From assembly GCF_964194155.1 (NCBI RefSeq), contig NC_135880.1:36208001-36272000 (forward strand): a DNA stretch of 64,000 bases, read 5' to 3'. The stretch is from Cetorhinus maximus. Its lineage: Eukaryota. The position numbers and the translations under genes were made by a program. Shown piece by piece: positions 1 through 12,725 of this stretch. The notes beneath the pieces are model-generated. The model ran no database searches and was not told the DNA's origin. It saw nothing but the letters and a program-made list of their open reading frames with translations. How positions within the stretch are numbered: the stretch's first letter is position 1; every line of letters starts with the position of its first letter.

Positions 1-1551
1 CAGCATGAGCCTCTTTGTACTGTCTCTCTGCTGCAGTCTGAGGCTGCCACACAGGTGTCATCAGCCACATCCTCTTGTCCCCGAGGAGCTAACCCTGCAG
101 CCTCTCTGGACCCTGGTAGATGTCAGGCATCTGAGACCTACTAAGAAATTAGGATTCTTGGATGCTCCCTGGGAATCGTGTACAGACCTTTAGGATGTGT
201 TTGTGGTGGTCACACACCAGCTGAACATTCAGCGAGTGGAAGTCGTTACGGTTGATGTAGTTGACTGCTTGTTGCCACGGGGATCTAAGCTCCACGTGAG
301 TACAGTTGACGGCACCCTGCACCTGTGGAAAACCTGAGATCTGCACAAATCCCAGCGCTCTTGCTTCCTGGCTTTCCTGATCCCGAGCGAAATACACAAA
401 GTTCTGTGCCTTCACGAAGATGGCATCCATGACCTCCTGGATACATTTGTGTGTGGAGGCTTGTGAGATCCCTCACAGGTCACCTGTGGAGTCCTGGAAG
501 GAGTCACTGGCATAAAAATCGAGCACCACAGTCACTTTCACAGCCACTGGCAGTGGATGCTCTCCATGTCCCTGTGGTGCCAAATCCTGCAGCAGGTGGC
601 ATATGTGACCGACCAGTTCCCTCAACATGCGCAGTCTTCGGTGCCACTAGTTCTCAGTTATCTGCAGGAAAGACAAGCGTCATCGAGACCTTAGGTCTTG
701 TGAGGTGCCTACGAGTGACAGCTCGCTGTGGGTCTTCAGCTGTGTGCGCAACAGGCCCTGCCACCCCTTCATCTTGAGGGAGATGCTCCTCCCTTTGCCG
801 AGCCAGGGTCCTCCGCCGCTCTCTTTTTCTTCTTCTCTGCTCCCTGTAAGCCATGAGCCATGCCACTAAATCACCAGGTTCCATTATTCTGATGTTCTCC
901 TCCTGCAGGATCAAAGAGAGAGACACATGGGTTAGCATAGATCACCTAAGAACCTCTCTTGATTAAGTCTGAAGGCCCCTTCCTGCATGCAGGAGAGTGC
1001 TGGCCACCACTTGGATGGCCATTGTGTAGTGCGCTCATTGGCTGTCCGAAATCCCACCCCACTCCACTTGACCGATTGGTAGCAGCTTCAGCCATTGGAC
1101 TGCATGCTGTGCTCTCATCTCAGACGCAGGCATTCTCCTAACCCACTGCAAGGTTGCACTGTTAGCTTGAACCATGGTGGATACTGGTCCAAACTTTATT
1201 AAAGACATTGCAAGGGGCTGTGAGTGCCTCCAACAGTGATTGCGCCATGGGCACCTTTCACGAGGGGAATCTACAACTTGCCAATGTGAACTCATAATCC
1301 ACATGGGGGATGATTCTGGTGAGCAGGGCTTATAATGAGATACTAAAGTATTGAAATTGGTTTCTGATGTGCAGTGGTGGGAAACACGGCCTGTCATTGA
1401 TGGGTGGAGTGGACAATTGCAAACTGGTTTCACAATAGCATGAAACTGATTTTTGGCCTTCTAGCCATATTGCCTCACCCCCGCCCCGCACGCACCCCAC
1501 CTCCCCCACCCACCAGACACCCAATGCCATCGAGGCTGGAAAATTCCAGCC
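1..1551 (-). mobile_element. Degenerate PIF/Harbinger DNA transposon (transposase remnant, HARBI1-like DDE), truncated by window start
   Basis: Minus-strand translation ~149-560 gives HPLPVAVKVTVVLDFYASDSFQ..ISQASTHKCIQEV..GFPQVQGAVNCTH..YINRNDFHSLNVQLVCD..RFPGS, typical of Harbinger transposases. Catalytic positions look decayed (GAVN for GAID, QE for HD) and there is an in-frame stop. The end at 1551 reads GGCTGGAATTTT on the minus strand, similar to the MITE TIRs elsewhere in the window. Confidence 0.85.
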
Positions 1552-1580
1552 AAAGATTTTATTCTCTGAGAAATTCAGTT

Positions 1581-2420
1581 GGAGATGGTGGTGTAGTGAT
1601 AACATCACAGAACTAATAACCCAGAGAAAAACAGAATTACCTGGAAAAACTCAGCAGGTCTGGCAGCATCAGTGGAGAAGAAATCAGTTAACATTTCGAG
1701 CCTTCATGGCCCTTCGGCAGAACTGAAGCATAGTTAGGAGAGGGGTGAAATATAAGCTGGTTTAAGGTGGGGGGGGGTGGGGGCGGGGGGGGAAGAGAGA
1801 AGTTGAGGGTGTGGTGATTGTGGAGATAAGCAAGCAGTGATAGGAGCAGATAATCAAAAGATGTCACAGACAAAAGGATCAAAGAGGTGTTGAAGGTGGT
1901 GATATTTGTCTAAGAAAAGTGCTAATTAAGACTGGAAGACAGGACACTCAAAGTACAGCTCTAGTGGGGATGGGGTGGAAAAGACTAACAAGGTTTTAGT
2001 TTTAGATTTAAAAATAATGGAAATAGGTGGGGAAAGAAGAATCTATATAAATTGACAGAGACCCAGGCTAATGTCCTGGAGACATGGGTTCAAATCCCAC
2101 CATGGCAGCTGGTGGAATTTAAGTTCAATTTTTAAAAATCTGGAATTGAAAGCTATTCTCAGTGATGGTGACCATGAAACTATCATCAATTGTTGTAAAA
2201 ACCCATCTGGTTCACTAATGCCCTTTAGGGAAGGAAATCTGCCATCCTTACCTGGTCTGGCCTACATGTGAGTCCAGGCCCACAGTAATGTGGTTGACAC
2301 ATAACTGCCCTCTGAAATGGTGTGGCAAGCTCTTCAGTTCAAGGGCAATCAGGGATGGGCAACAAATGCTGGCCTTGCCAGCAATGCCCGCATCTCATGA
2401 AAGAATAAGGAAAAATAATA
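1581..2420 (+). mobile_element. tRNA-derived SINE with LINE-type 3' tail, interrupted by a Penelope fragment
   Basis: A-box-like TGGTGTAGTGA (~1586) and B-box GGTTCAAATCC (~2087). The tail AAGGGCAATCAGGGATGGGCAACAAATGCTGGCC is shared with a LINE 3' end in the window. A near-complete sister copy lies at 37187-37560. Confidence 0.8.
1628..2055 (-). mobile_element. Penelope-like element 3' fragment (pLTR with hammerhead motif at 1684-1726)
   Basis: Reverse complement is nearly identical to ~12875-13296. CAGAGA is duplicated at 1622-1627 and 2056-2061. Confidence 0.85.
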
Positions 2421-4150
2421 CTGTGGGCTGGATTTTTGCAGAGTCGAAAGAAAGGCTCTGTGGGCCTTTAAAAATGTCCTGCTCCCATTTCTGACAGATC
2501 TATTTTTTGCCAGTAGGGGAAAGGGGGAGAGCGTAATTCACGCAAGAAGGAAACCTGAACTCAGCAGGGCCATTTGAACTTAGTGCTGAGTTGAAACAGA
2601 TTCCATTTTTGCTGTTGGAAGGACCTTAACACACAGTGTGTGAAACATGAATTGATGGAGTGGACATAAATGCTTCTGAAGGGTGAATAAAGTCTGTATA
2701 ACTGTCATGATCTGAAGTAACTTAAAAGGAACAGGCTGCAGCTGTTAGTGAGAATTTTAGAAATCCTCTGCTTGGCTGTTTTGTTTGACAGACTATCTGG
2801 TGCATTTTAGAAAAAATCATTAGCATCTGTTAGTGCAGTTTCAATTGAGTGTTTTGTTGACATTTCCCCAAAGGCTATTATTATGCCATTATGAATGCTT
2901 GGCTGAGTTTCTAAAGCTACAATTATCTCAGCAGAGGTTCTGAGTTCACCATTTCATTGACAGTTTACAGAGACTATTAAAGGATTAGTTGTCTTTCATG
3001 GAGTCTGAATAGAAGTGTGTTTGTTTTTATAAGAGATTAACCACTTGAGGAGATTTAAAAGCTTGGATGGATTTTATGAACGGGAGTTTTTTTCACTATT
3101 AAGTGTATGAGTGAGAGTTGTACCACATTATTAGAAGTTAATGTTTATCATCTCCACATGGCTCCTGAGATCTGCCCATGGTGGTTACTGTGTTATGGAG
3201 GTGACATGGGAGTATGAGGGGAATAGGGGCTGGGTGGGGTACATGCTTTAGCACTGAGATAGCAGGGGGCCATGGGGCTTGCATGGTGGGTGACGGAATG
3301 TGAGGGGTGAGGACTAGAGGGCCTAATATCTTCTGAAAGAACTGGGACAAAGTCCCAGAGAACTGAAGCAGGCCTTCTAACCTGACTGCCTCAGCACTCA
3401 CCCACCCCCTTGGCCGCCTACGTTCTGCTTCGGGTTCAACAGGCCCAACTCCACCCCACACCTGTCCCCCCCCCCCCCCCCACCCAGAATGAAAATTGCA
3501 TGTATTGGGGCACTTTTTAACCGATTTGAGCTATCTGCCACAGTTGCCAACATCTGGTCCTTGTGTTCAATTATTTGGAAGTTACAAGTTTTTGGACTTG
3601 TAAATGTCCGGAAAAGGTGAAGTTGATAAGTCAAGAACCAGTCAGAGAAGAACGTGCTGGATGACGTGATAGAATAGGTAGGTGTAATATCAGGGGGGGG
3701 GGAGTTGGTCCATTCAATGTGTGCGGAGATGACAGCATGCAGAGAGAAGGCGCTCTGAATGAGAGAAATAAGAACATTGATCCACAAGATACAACAGCCA
3801 GAGTGTGCGTCTGATTGGTTCTGTAGAGGTTAGCAGTAAATTGTTACCAAAGGCGCTGGAGATACATACATTGGAACCAGTATTTTCCGTAATGTTTAAG
3901 GGAATTAAAGCTGTACATGCAATCTCTATGAGAGGACAATATAATCGAGCCACCCATTGCATTTCCTAACGCTCTCTATTCACAAATTGCAATCCTGAGC
4001 AGATAATTAAAAAAAAAGCGCTTGGCTTATATTTGAAGCTTCATTACCCTTGCCAACGTCCTAACTTCCTGTTGTGCCCGCCTGGGCCACTCAGGCTGCA
4101 GTGGTGGGTGGTTCTTCATCCAAACTAGGGCATGTGAAATTACAGGATGC

Positions 4151-4175
4151 TGTGTGTGTGTGTGTGTGTGTGTGT
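4151..4175. repeat. (TG)12 microsatellite upstream of promoter
   Basis: Read directly from sequence. Confidence 0.95.
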
Positions 4176-4205
4176 ATAATTAGCAGAAAGTGTGGGGAGC
4201 TGTCC

Positions 4206-4316
4206 TGACGTCATCGTATAATTGCTGTGCTTTGACGTCAGGCCGAACCGGAACGAGGCGGGCGAGTCAGAGGTGGGTGACGGCGCGACGCCGTGACGCG
4301 CTGACGTTTATTTAAA
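4206..4316 (+). promoter_or_regulatory. HOMER1 core promoter: CRE cluster plus TATA-like box in a CpG-rich island
   Basis: Full TGACGTCA at 4206-4213 and 4233-4240, TGACG half sites at 4278, 4294 and 4302, and TATTTAAA at 4309-4316. CpG-rich ~4200-5250 in an otherwise CpG-poor window, ~580 bp upstream of the start codon. Confidence 0.85.
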
Positions 4317-4339
4317 GGTCCGGCGCACGGAGGATGGAC

Positions 4340-4890
4340 GGACATAAGTGCTGGAGTGTGTGAGCGAGAGAGAGACAGAGACAGAGAGAGAGAGTGTGTG
4401 AACGGAACTGGAGCCGGAGCGTTGCCGACAAAGGGATGGAACGTAGCGGCTGGAACGCCGTGTCTTTGGAATCTTGACCCGGCTTGCTCCGGCACCCTCG
4501 CGCTGTCACTCCCTCCCTCCCGCTTCGCTTCTGCAGCCGCTGGGGCCGCGATCGGTGACCGCCCCCCAACCACCCCCCTCCCTCCCACCCCCACCCCTCT
4601 CCTCCCCACCTCCCCATTCCCTCCTCCTCCACCACCACCACCTCCAGGCACTCGGACTGCAAAGGGGTCTAGAGGACTTTACGAGGTTAGCCGTGGTGCT
4701 CGCAAGCTCTCGCCCCCCTCCCCTTCTCTTTCTCGTCTGGGGCACGAAATTATCCACTCCGATGTCTTTCTGAGCTGGGGCTTCAGAGAGCCTGGGTCTC
4801 CTCGGCACCATCTCCATCATTAACGCAATAAAACGAGAAGCGTTCCCAGCAGGCGGAGAATCGGCGTGTCTTCAGCAGGAGGAAAAAAAA
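4340..4890 (+). other. HOMER1: Probable 5' UTR part of HOMER1 exon 1 (TSS inferred ~30 nt after the TATA-like box)
   Basis: GC-rich with GA repeats and C-tracts, between the TATA-like box and the ATG. The TSS is not directly observable. Confidence 0.6.
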
Positions 4891-4895
4891 ATGGG
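4891..4895 (+). CDS. HOMER1: HOMER1 coding exon 1 (ATG GG, Met-Gly split)
   Basis: AAAAATGGG|GTGAGA: good Kozak context and donor. Phase 2 matches the single G opening exon 2, the same 5-nt coding exon arrangement as vertebrate Homer genes. Confidence 0.9.
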
Positions 4896-6904
4896 GTGAG
4901 ACATTCCGCTCCCTACTGCTGTTTAATGTATTGGAGAAGGGGGGGGGGGGGGGGGGTGGTAAAAAGGCACACTTGACACCCACGGTGGGTCGAGTCAGTC
5001 CAGGTTCTCCCCTCGTTGAGTTTCAATATCTAATGTTGCTTTCAGGTTGATAGCGGGTCGCTGACGCGGGTATTTCGGGCGACTCTACTGTTGCAATGGA
5101 CGAGAATCAGTTAGAGAACCCACTCAAAGTGATAGCTGCATTCCCCTGGTTTAGATTCGTACACTTGTAAATATATATTTGGTCATACAGCTTGCTACGA
5201 AGTCAGAGGAGGCAACGGCGTGTGTTTAGCGGAGTCAATCCTGCGAAGTCATAGTGTACGTTTAAGATGTGACATTAAAATAATCTGAAGTTTGAAAATT
5301 AGCTTGGGTTTGACTTGAAAAACTTTGAAAACACCATTCCGGTAATTTGATAACGCCAGAATTTCAGCCTTAAATTGTGACCATATACAGCAGCCCCTGC
5401 ATGATGTAAAGATACGGAGCTCTTTAAAACTTGTATGTTCTAAGTCTCGATTCAGTGCGATGAACAGTATATTGAGAATGTTAACGGTTTCTTTAAAATA
5501 ACGGATAAAGACTTAAAGTTAAAATAGTGTTTAAACCAAACTTAAATATTTCATTAAAATAATTAAATCCCAAATCCTCTTACTTGAGAACCATGTATTC
5601 CAGAGCTCTGTGACCCTACATGGCAAAAATCAACTAGACCCCTGTCTTCATAATGCAGTAGCAGCCTGTCAAGCAGATTATGAATGATAGCTATTCAGTA
5701 CATTGATTTTTTTTCCTTTCTTATATCTCAGAAATTTCAAAAGGAAACATTTTCCAAAAACTTTTTTTTATAATTTTCAGTGAAGTTCGTCTAACATCTG
5801 ACAGTTCAATGATATTTGGATTTAGTGTGTTGATTCCTTAATCCTTGATAAAACTTTATTGAAAAAAAAGGAACTTGTCACTTGGTATCTGTGGATTCAA
5901 TTTTAATGTAGGTGAATTATTTCTTGTCATAAAACTAAATTGGACTACTTATTATTTGGTCATAATTTGTGTACGTTAACATTTTTTTGCCTGTTTAGAG
6001 CTCAAATTCGGCATTAGTTGTAGGTTGGTAGCTCTGGATTAGGTTTTCTGATTAATTTCTGAAGCTTGAAAGCCAAAATAGAGGAAACATTCGAGATAGG
6101 GTGCATGATTTGTGAAATTAAGTGTGCACATGTTTGTATTTCAGATGTTTTAACCTCTGCATTTAAAATTCACATGGTTATTCTGTGGTGTCACTGCACC
6201 AGTTAATAACTGCTATTTGTCATAACAAATCACTCTGGCTTAGTAATGTGAAGTGATTTATTTTTCTTAACACTACATGGTTATGACTACTATTAAAAGT
6301 TTTTTTGCATGACTTCTACATTAATGATGTGTGGTTTACTGAAGTGAGCAATTGCAACTTATGAAGCTCTTTTCCATTTTGCCATTGAATGGTCTGTCCA
6401 AATTATATTTGTACTAGGAATATATGCAGACAGTTTTTAAGTTCTGAGTGGACCTTTACCTGTTTCAAGAAGTTTGTGGCACCACCTTAAGCTTTCTTAT
6501 TGAGCACTCTACATTTTTAAGCTCACCATCAAAATGGAATATTCTTCAATGTTGATTTTAAGATTTCAGATCTGATGAAGAAATGTTTCACGTCAGTTTT
6601 TTTTTGTATCACAATTTATTTTCCTTTCGCTATTTTGTAAAAGAGGTGATCTTTCTAATTTTTTCTGTGGAGCTAAACCAAACATATTTAAGCAGTGAAG
6701 GAATGCATTTTGTTGGATTACTGGTCTAATTTTCCCTCTACTTGCTTGATAATTAACCCAACAAGGCTTGTGGCACTACCTACGCAAAGACATGTGGTCA
6801 CAGCAGGTTAAATGGGTTTAGCTTCACAAATCTTAGCCAGCACATTTATGGATTTACTAAATGGTTGTACGTAACGATGTTACACCCAAAAATGTAACTA
6901 GATG

Positions 6905-8105
6905 TGGAAGTAAGAGACAGTCGTTCAATGTAGATGTGGTGTACTTGGACTTTCAAAAGGCATTCGATAAGATGCCACATCAAAGGTTGCAACACAACAT
7001 AAGAGCTCATGGCATAAGGGATAACATATTAGCATGGATAGAGGATTGGTTAGTTAACAAGAAGTAGAGCAGGGACAAATGTCATTTTTGGGCTGGAAGG
7101 CTATAACTTGTGGAGTGCCACAGGGATTAGTGCTGGGGCCTCAACTATTTACATAATATATTAAAATGAATGAAGGGACCGAATCGATGGTTGCTAAATT
7201 TTCTGATGACACCAAGGTGAGTACGAAAGTAAGTTGTTGCAAGGGCGTAGTGTCAATAAAGGGATCTGGATATGTTAAGCGAGTGGACAAAATTTGGCAG
7301 ATGGAAAATGTGAACTTGTCCACATTGGCAGGAAGGACAGGAAAGCAGTATATGAATTGAATGGAGAGAGACTGCAGAACTCTATGGACAGAGGGATCTG
7401 TATGTCCTGGTACATGAATCAGAAAAAGTTGGAATGCAGTTACAGCAAGTCATTAGGAAGGCAAATTCAATGTTGGTGTTTATTGCAAGGAAGATCAAAT
7501 ATAAAAGTAGGGAAATGTTGCTGCAGCTGTACAGCTGTTAGACTGCATCTGGTGTAGTGTGCACAGTTTTGGTCTCCTGATTTAAAGGAGGATATAATTG
7601 CATTAGAAGCAATTCAGAGAAGGTTCACTTGACTGATTCCTCAGGTGAGAGGGTGCAGAGGGTTATCTTATGAGGAAATGTTGGACAGGTTGGGTGTCTG
7701 GGTTAGAAGAATGAGAAGTGATCTTATTGGAACATATAAGATCCTGAGAGGACTTGACAGGGTGGATGCTGAGAAGATGTTTCCCCTTGTGGGAGAGTCT
7801 AGAGCTAGGGGATACAATTTAAAAATTGGGGGTCTCCCATTTAAGACTGAGATATGGAGATTTTTTTTTTCTTCAGATGTTAAGTTTGTGGAATTCTCTT
7901 TCCAAGAGAGCAATGCAGGCTGGGTCATTGAATACAATCAAGATTGAGTTAAAGGTTTTTGATCAATAAAGGAGCCAAGGATTGTGGGAAACGGACAGCA
8001 AAGTAGACTTGAGGCCACAGTCAGATCAACCATGATTTTATTGAATGGCTGTGCAGGCTCGATGGGTCGAATAGCCTACTTCTCTTCATTCTCGTGTCCT
8101 GTGTT
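6905..8105 (+). mobile_element. CR1 LINE 3' portion (degenerate RT)
   Basis: VDVVYLDFQKAFDKMPH, AKFSDDTK, DLIGTYKILRGLDRVD motifs across frameshifted ORFs, then a CR1 3'UTR. Confidence 0.9.
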
Positions 8106-8379
8106 CAATATTCACAGTCCCTTAAACTTTAAGGATATAACTGCTGTGTTACTCTGATATGTTTCAAGCAGAGATGCTGCAATTAGTTATTCTTTCTCTC
8201 TCATGCCTTCAGTGCTGTGTTACATCTTCTGATCGTCTAAATTGATGTGCATTTTGTTTGTTATCTATGTTGTCCTCTTGGATGCTAACATCTATAAAAC
8301 CACTACTTTCTGTCAAAATCAATCTGCTCCTCCTGCTGAGGGCTCAATAGCTAAGAACTCCTAGAGAAATATAAAAAAT

Positions 8380-8640
8380 GGCAAATGTAAGTCTGAAATA
8401 TAAATCGAAAATGCTGGAAATGCATGGCAGGTTTGTCAGCTTAAGAAGAAAGTTAAACACGTTAGGTCTCGCTCCTCACTAAGTGCTGTAAGTTATGTAA
8501 GCTTTTTATAGATTTCCTTTTTGTTCAGCTTTTTTAAACTCAATTACTGATCTTGCCGTTTCAGGTCTGAAGTATTAACTTATATTTTCTCTTCAGACAC
8601 TGGCAGGTGTATTTCCAAGTTTTTCTGTTTTTATTTGTAA
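8380..8640. mobile_element. Old inverted pair of Penelope pLTR remnants
   Basis: CTGAAATATAAATCGAAAATGCTGGAAAT..GCAGG and, inverted, ..ATTTCCAAGTTTTTCTGTTTTTATTT; strongly decayed. Confidence 0.5.
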
Positions 8641-8911
8641 TGAGATCTCATTTGTAGTCCCACAGTATGCTGTCTAGCTATTAAGTACAAAGGAGTTACA
8701 AAACTGCAGTCAAATGAAGTCTAGGTTAATAATCCTAATGGAATAGATATGTACGGAGGCAGCTGCAAGTTTTCTCGTGGAAGGTACAAGATCCAAAGTG
8801 CTTGTTGTAATACTTCCTTTTATTTTTTAACAAAAATATCCTTTGTGTAAACTTGTGTCCATAAAATTGGTTAATAAGTCTGCAAGTGTTGACTCCAGAA
8901 GTCTGGCTTTT

Positions 8912-9325
8912 ACTAGGAACATAGGAGTTGGGAGCAGAAGTAGGCCATTCGGCCCTTCGAGCTTGCTCTGCCATTGAGCAAGATCATGGCTAAGCTGTGG
9001 TTACGACTCCACATTTCTGTCTGCCCCCGATAACCCTGTACTGTCTTGCCTATCAAAAATCTATCCAACTCAGCCTTGAGTAAATTCAATGACCCAGCCT
9101 CCACTGCCTCCTGGGGAAGAGAATTCCCCATACTAATAACCCTCTAAGAGAAAAAAAGTTCTCCTCATCTCTGTCTTATATGGTAGACCTCTTACACTCA
9201 AACTGTCCCCCTAGTTCTAGTCTTTCCCACAAATGGAAAGATCCTCCCAGTATCTACCCCATCAAGTTCCCTCATGATCCTATGTTTCAATGAGATCACC
9301 TCTCGTTCTCAAACTCCAATGGGTA
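8912..9325 (-). mobile_element. CR1 LINE 3' end
   Basis: NSLPQEAVEAGSLNLLKAELDRFL on the minus strand and a CR1 3'UTR (GAATGGCCTACTTCTGCTCC). Confidence 0.9.
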
Positions 9326-9689
9326 AATGCTATTATAATAATAATATATGAATATACCCTAAAGATGTAATGAACAATGTACATGCTTTACAGTTGAGTT
9401 ATTTTGCTTGCTGCAGCAGAATTGTTTTTGTCTCATTGCAATAAAGTTATGTAGTGCCTAACTGAAGAATTCATCTCGAGTACATCAACTTGTCTGTTTC
9501 TGATCTGTAGAAACTAATCCTTGCCAAACTACTGTCCTTGTGTTTCTGTAGCTTTTTATTTTGTAAATGTTTATTGCTTTAAAGGAAGTTGTTTAAAGCT
9601 TTTAAAACTAAAACTTCTTCAAATGTGTTACTTGGATTGATCATAGAATCAACTGTTTTTAGTTGTATTATTATTTATATTATATTGAG

Positions 9690-11570
9690 GTTTTAAGTAG
9701 CATGATAGATGAGGGGGAACCAGTGGATGTGGTGCATTTGGATTTGCAAACAGCCTTCTATAAGGTACCAGACAAGAGGTTTTTGCACCAAATTAGAGCT
9801 CATGCGATTTGGGGGAAATATATTGACATGGATAGAAAACAGAGTAGGAATAAATAGGCCATTTGGGTTGACAGACTAACTAGCGGAGTACCACAATGAT
9901 TAGTTCTTGGGTCTCAGCTATTTACTATCTATATCAAAGACTTGGAGAAGGAGGAGTAAAATGACATAAAAGCAAAATTCTGTAGATGCTGGACTGAAAT
10001 AAAAACAGAAAATGCTGTAAATACTCAGTAGATCAGGCAAATTAAGGGAGACCAAACACAGATTGGGTGACTGCTTTGCAGAAAACCTCCATCCAGCCCT
10101 CAGGCATGACTTTGGGCTTCCAGTCAGTTGTCATTTTAATTCCCCACTTGGTTTCACACTGACCTCTAGGTCCAATGAAGCTCAATGTAGACTTGATGTA
10201 CCTCAACGTCTGATTAGGCACATTTTTTTTTATTCATTCACGGGATGTGGGCTTCACTGGCTGGGTCAGCATTTATTGCCCATCCTTACTTGCCCTTGAG
10301 AAGATGGTGGTGAGCTGCCTCCTTGAACCGCTGCAGTCCATATGGCGTAGCTACACCCAGTGCCGTTAGGAAGGGAGTTCCGGGATTTTGACCCAGCCTC
10401 CTGGACTCAACATTTGAGTTCAACAAATTTCAGACCATAATCTCTGCCCCCACTTTGTTTCCTTTTTCTTTGTAGGTTTTGGTTTGCTTTTCCTTTGTTT
10501 TTGCATTTGAATGGCAACTGTTCATCATTCTGCCATTCACACATCCTCTGGGCATAACTTTTGTTTCTTTACTTGTCCAATTTAAACACTGTCATTTAAT
10601 CTCTCCTGTCTCCCACCCTATCATAGTCCTTTTGCTTTTGTTGTTGTTCCCACATTCTCCCCACCCCCATTTCACTTGCTTGAAACCCATGACACTTCTA
10701 AGCTTTCCCAGTTCTGATAAAAGGTCATTGACCTGCAACATTCATTCTGTTTCTCTCTCAACAGATGCTCCCTGACTTGCTGAGCGTGCCAGCATTTTCT
10801 GTTTTTTACTTGGATGAGGAGGCTGAGTGTAATATGTCCAAGTTTGCTGATACAACATTAGGTGGATAAAGTAAGCTGTGATGAGGCTGCAATGAGGCTT
10901 CAAAGAGATATAGACAGGTTTAGTGAGTGGGCAAGAACATTGCGGATGGAATATTATGTGGGGTGGTGTGATGTTTTCTGCTTTGGAAACACAATAGAAA
11001 AGCAGAATTCTTTTTAATGGCGAGAAACTGGGAAATATTGGTATTCTAAGAGACCTGGGTGCCTTTGTACATGAATCACAGAAAAGCAACATGCAGATAC
11101 GGCAAGCAATTAGGAAAGCAAATTGTGCATTCTAAGCCCTTTGTAATAAAGGCTAAAAGTGAAGAAGTCTTAATGGCAATTGTATATGGAGCCCTTCGTG
11201 AGTACATACCTGGAGTACTCTTTACACTTTTTATCTCCTTACCTAAAGAAGGATATGGTTACTTTGGAAGGGGTGCAAAAATGTTTATTAGACAGGTCCT
11301 GAATAAGGAGATTGCACTCTGAAGAGAGATTTAATAGACTTGGACTATATTCTCTGGAATTCAGAAGGATGAAGGTGATCTCATTGAAATAAACTTCTTA
11401 AAGGTCTTGATAAAAGAGATGTTGAAAGGATATTTCCCTCGCCTGGCAAGTCTGGAACTAGGGGGTCATAGGCTCAGAATGAGGGGCCAGCCATTTTGGA
11501 CTAAGATGAGGAGAAATTTTCTACTGCAGAAGTCTGTGGATACTCTGTTGTTTAACATGTTCAAGACAGG
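9690..11570 (+). mobile_element. CR1 LINE fragment split by a Penelope insertion
   Basis: GEPVDVVHLDLQTAFYKVP before the insertion. RT sequence resumes at 10808 (..KFADT..). Confidence 0.85.
9955..10807 (+). mobile_element. Penelope-like element: inverted 5' pLTR, GIY-YIG remnant, 3' pLTR with decayed hammerhead (~10710-10744); contains a nested LINE tail ~10222-10398
   Basis: ETKHRLGDCFAENLH..LPVSCHFNSP..SNEAQCRL resembles a PLE GIY-YIG endonuclease. Imperfect 15-bp TSD ACTTGGAGAAGGAGG (9940-9954) / ACTTGGATGAGGAGG (10808-10822). Confidence 0.8.
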
Positions 11571-12725
11571 AGGTTCCTTTCAGTCATTTCCTTCATTGCA
11601 CAGTGCACTGCAACCAACAGTAGGCTTCTTATAAGGGTGCAGTTATTTTCTTTATATCATTTGTATAGCAAATCATTATGATAAAACTTTTTTTAATCAA
11701 ATATTTAATTTAATACACTTAATGCAGTGCTAGATTGAACATCCCTAACTAAACATCCTTGTAATTGTAATCTAAATGCAACCTTAATCTTCATTTTTTT
11801 TCTTAAAACTGCTCTTTCCTTTTTATAATTCCTCACAGCCTTGCTATCTTTAACATAATCTTTATCTAGGACTACTTACTGTATTTTCTAATTTGTTTTA
11901 TTTTATTGTATAATGTGGGCAGAAAGTATATTTCTTGTCTCACATCTTTTTAATGTGTGCATCTGTCATTACTTAATTCAGAGGGCTTGGTTGGTGCCTG
12001 CGTTACTGTAGTGATACTACTGTGGGAATATGAGAAGAAGCTTAAACTTGAAAACTTATCAACATTGTAGCCACCTGAATTGCTGCCCTGCAGCTGAAAT
12101 TGCACCCACTCACTCTTGCAGTCGAGTCAATAAAATAAATATATTGTAGTGCTTTGGAATGCTGCAACACAGAATAGCTTGACTCCCTTCCTCTTCTCCA
12201 TCTTTTTATCCCCCCTATGGTTATTTACTTATTTCTATTTCAATATTTTTTTTGGCTTTGCAATTCATGGTGCAGTGGTCTATTTTACTACAACCTGCAT
12301 TTGGGTAGTTCCTTTAGCATAGTAAAAGTGTCGAAGCAGTTCGCAAGTGCTATTGTCAATGAGTGATTACGAACCACGGAATTGTTTGGATAGCTGTGAG
12401 GTGTTTTCAAGGGGTGTCTTAATAGAAGAGGCAGAGGGGTTTAAGGAGGAAACTCTAACCTATATGAGATCTCTGAAGGTGGGGTGGTGAAAAAGGCTTA
12501 TGGGACACTTGCCTTTATCAATCGAGGCATAGATTACAAAAGTAGGGAGGTTATGTTGGAGTTGTATTGAACCTTGGTGAGGTCACAGCTGGAGTACTGT
12601 GTGCAGTTCTGGTCGCCACATTATAGGAAGGATGTGATTGCACTGGAGGGGGTGCAGAGGAGATTCACCAAGATGTTGGCTGGGATGAAACATTTAAGTT
12701 ATGAAGAGAGGTTGGATAGACTTGG

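Noticed and set aside
149-938. Domesticated HARBI1 gene
   Set aside because: Catalytic motifs are mutated, stops are present, the frame truncates at ~149, and a transposon-type end lies at 1551.
4238-4823. Several 100-155 aa ORFs on both strands over the promoter/5'UTR
   Set aside because: Low-complexity Pro/Gly translations of a GC-rich island, with no recognisable domain.
4939-4956. Poly-G run after the exon 1 donor as a functional G-quadruplex or splicing enhancer
   Set aside because: Similar G/C homopolymers occur at ~3466, ~29247 and ~43080 with no positional logic; it cannot be distinguished from a simple repeat.
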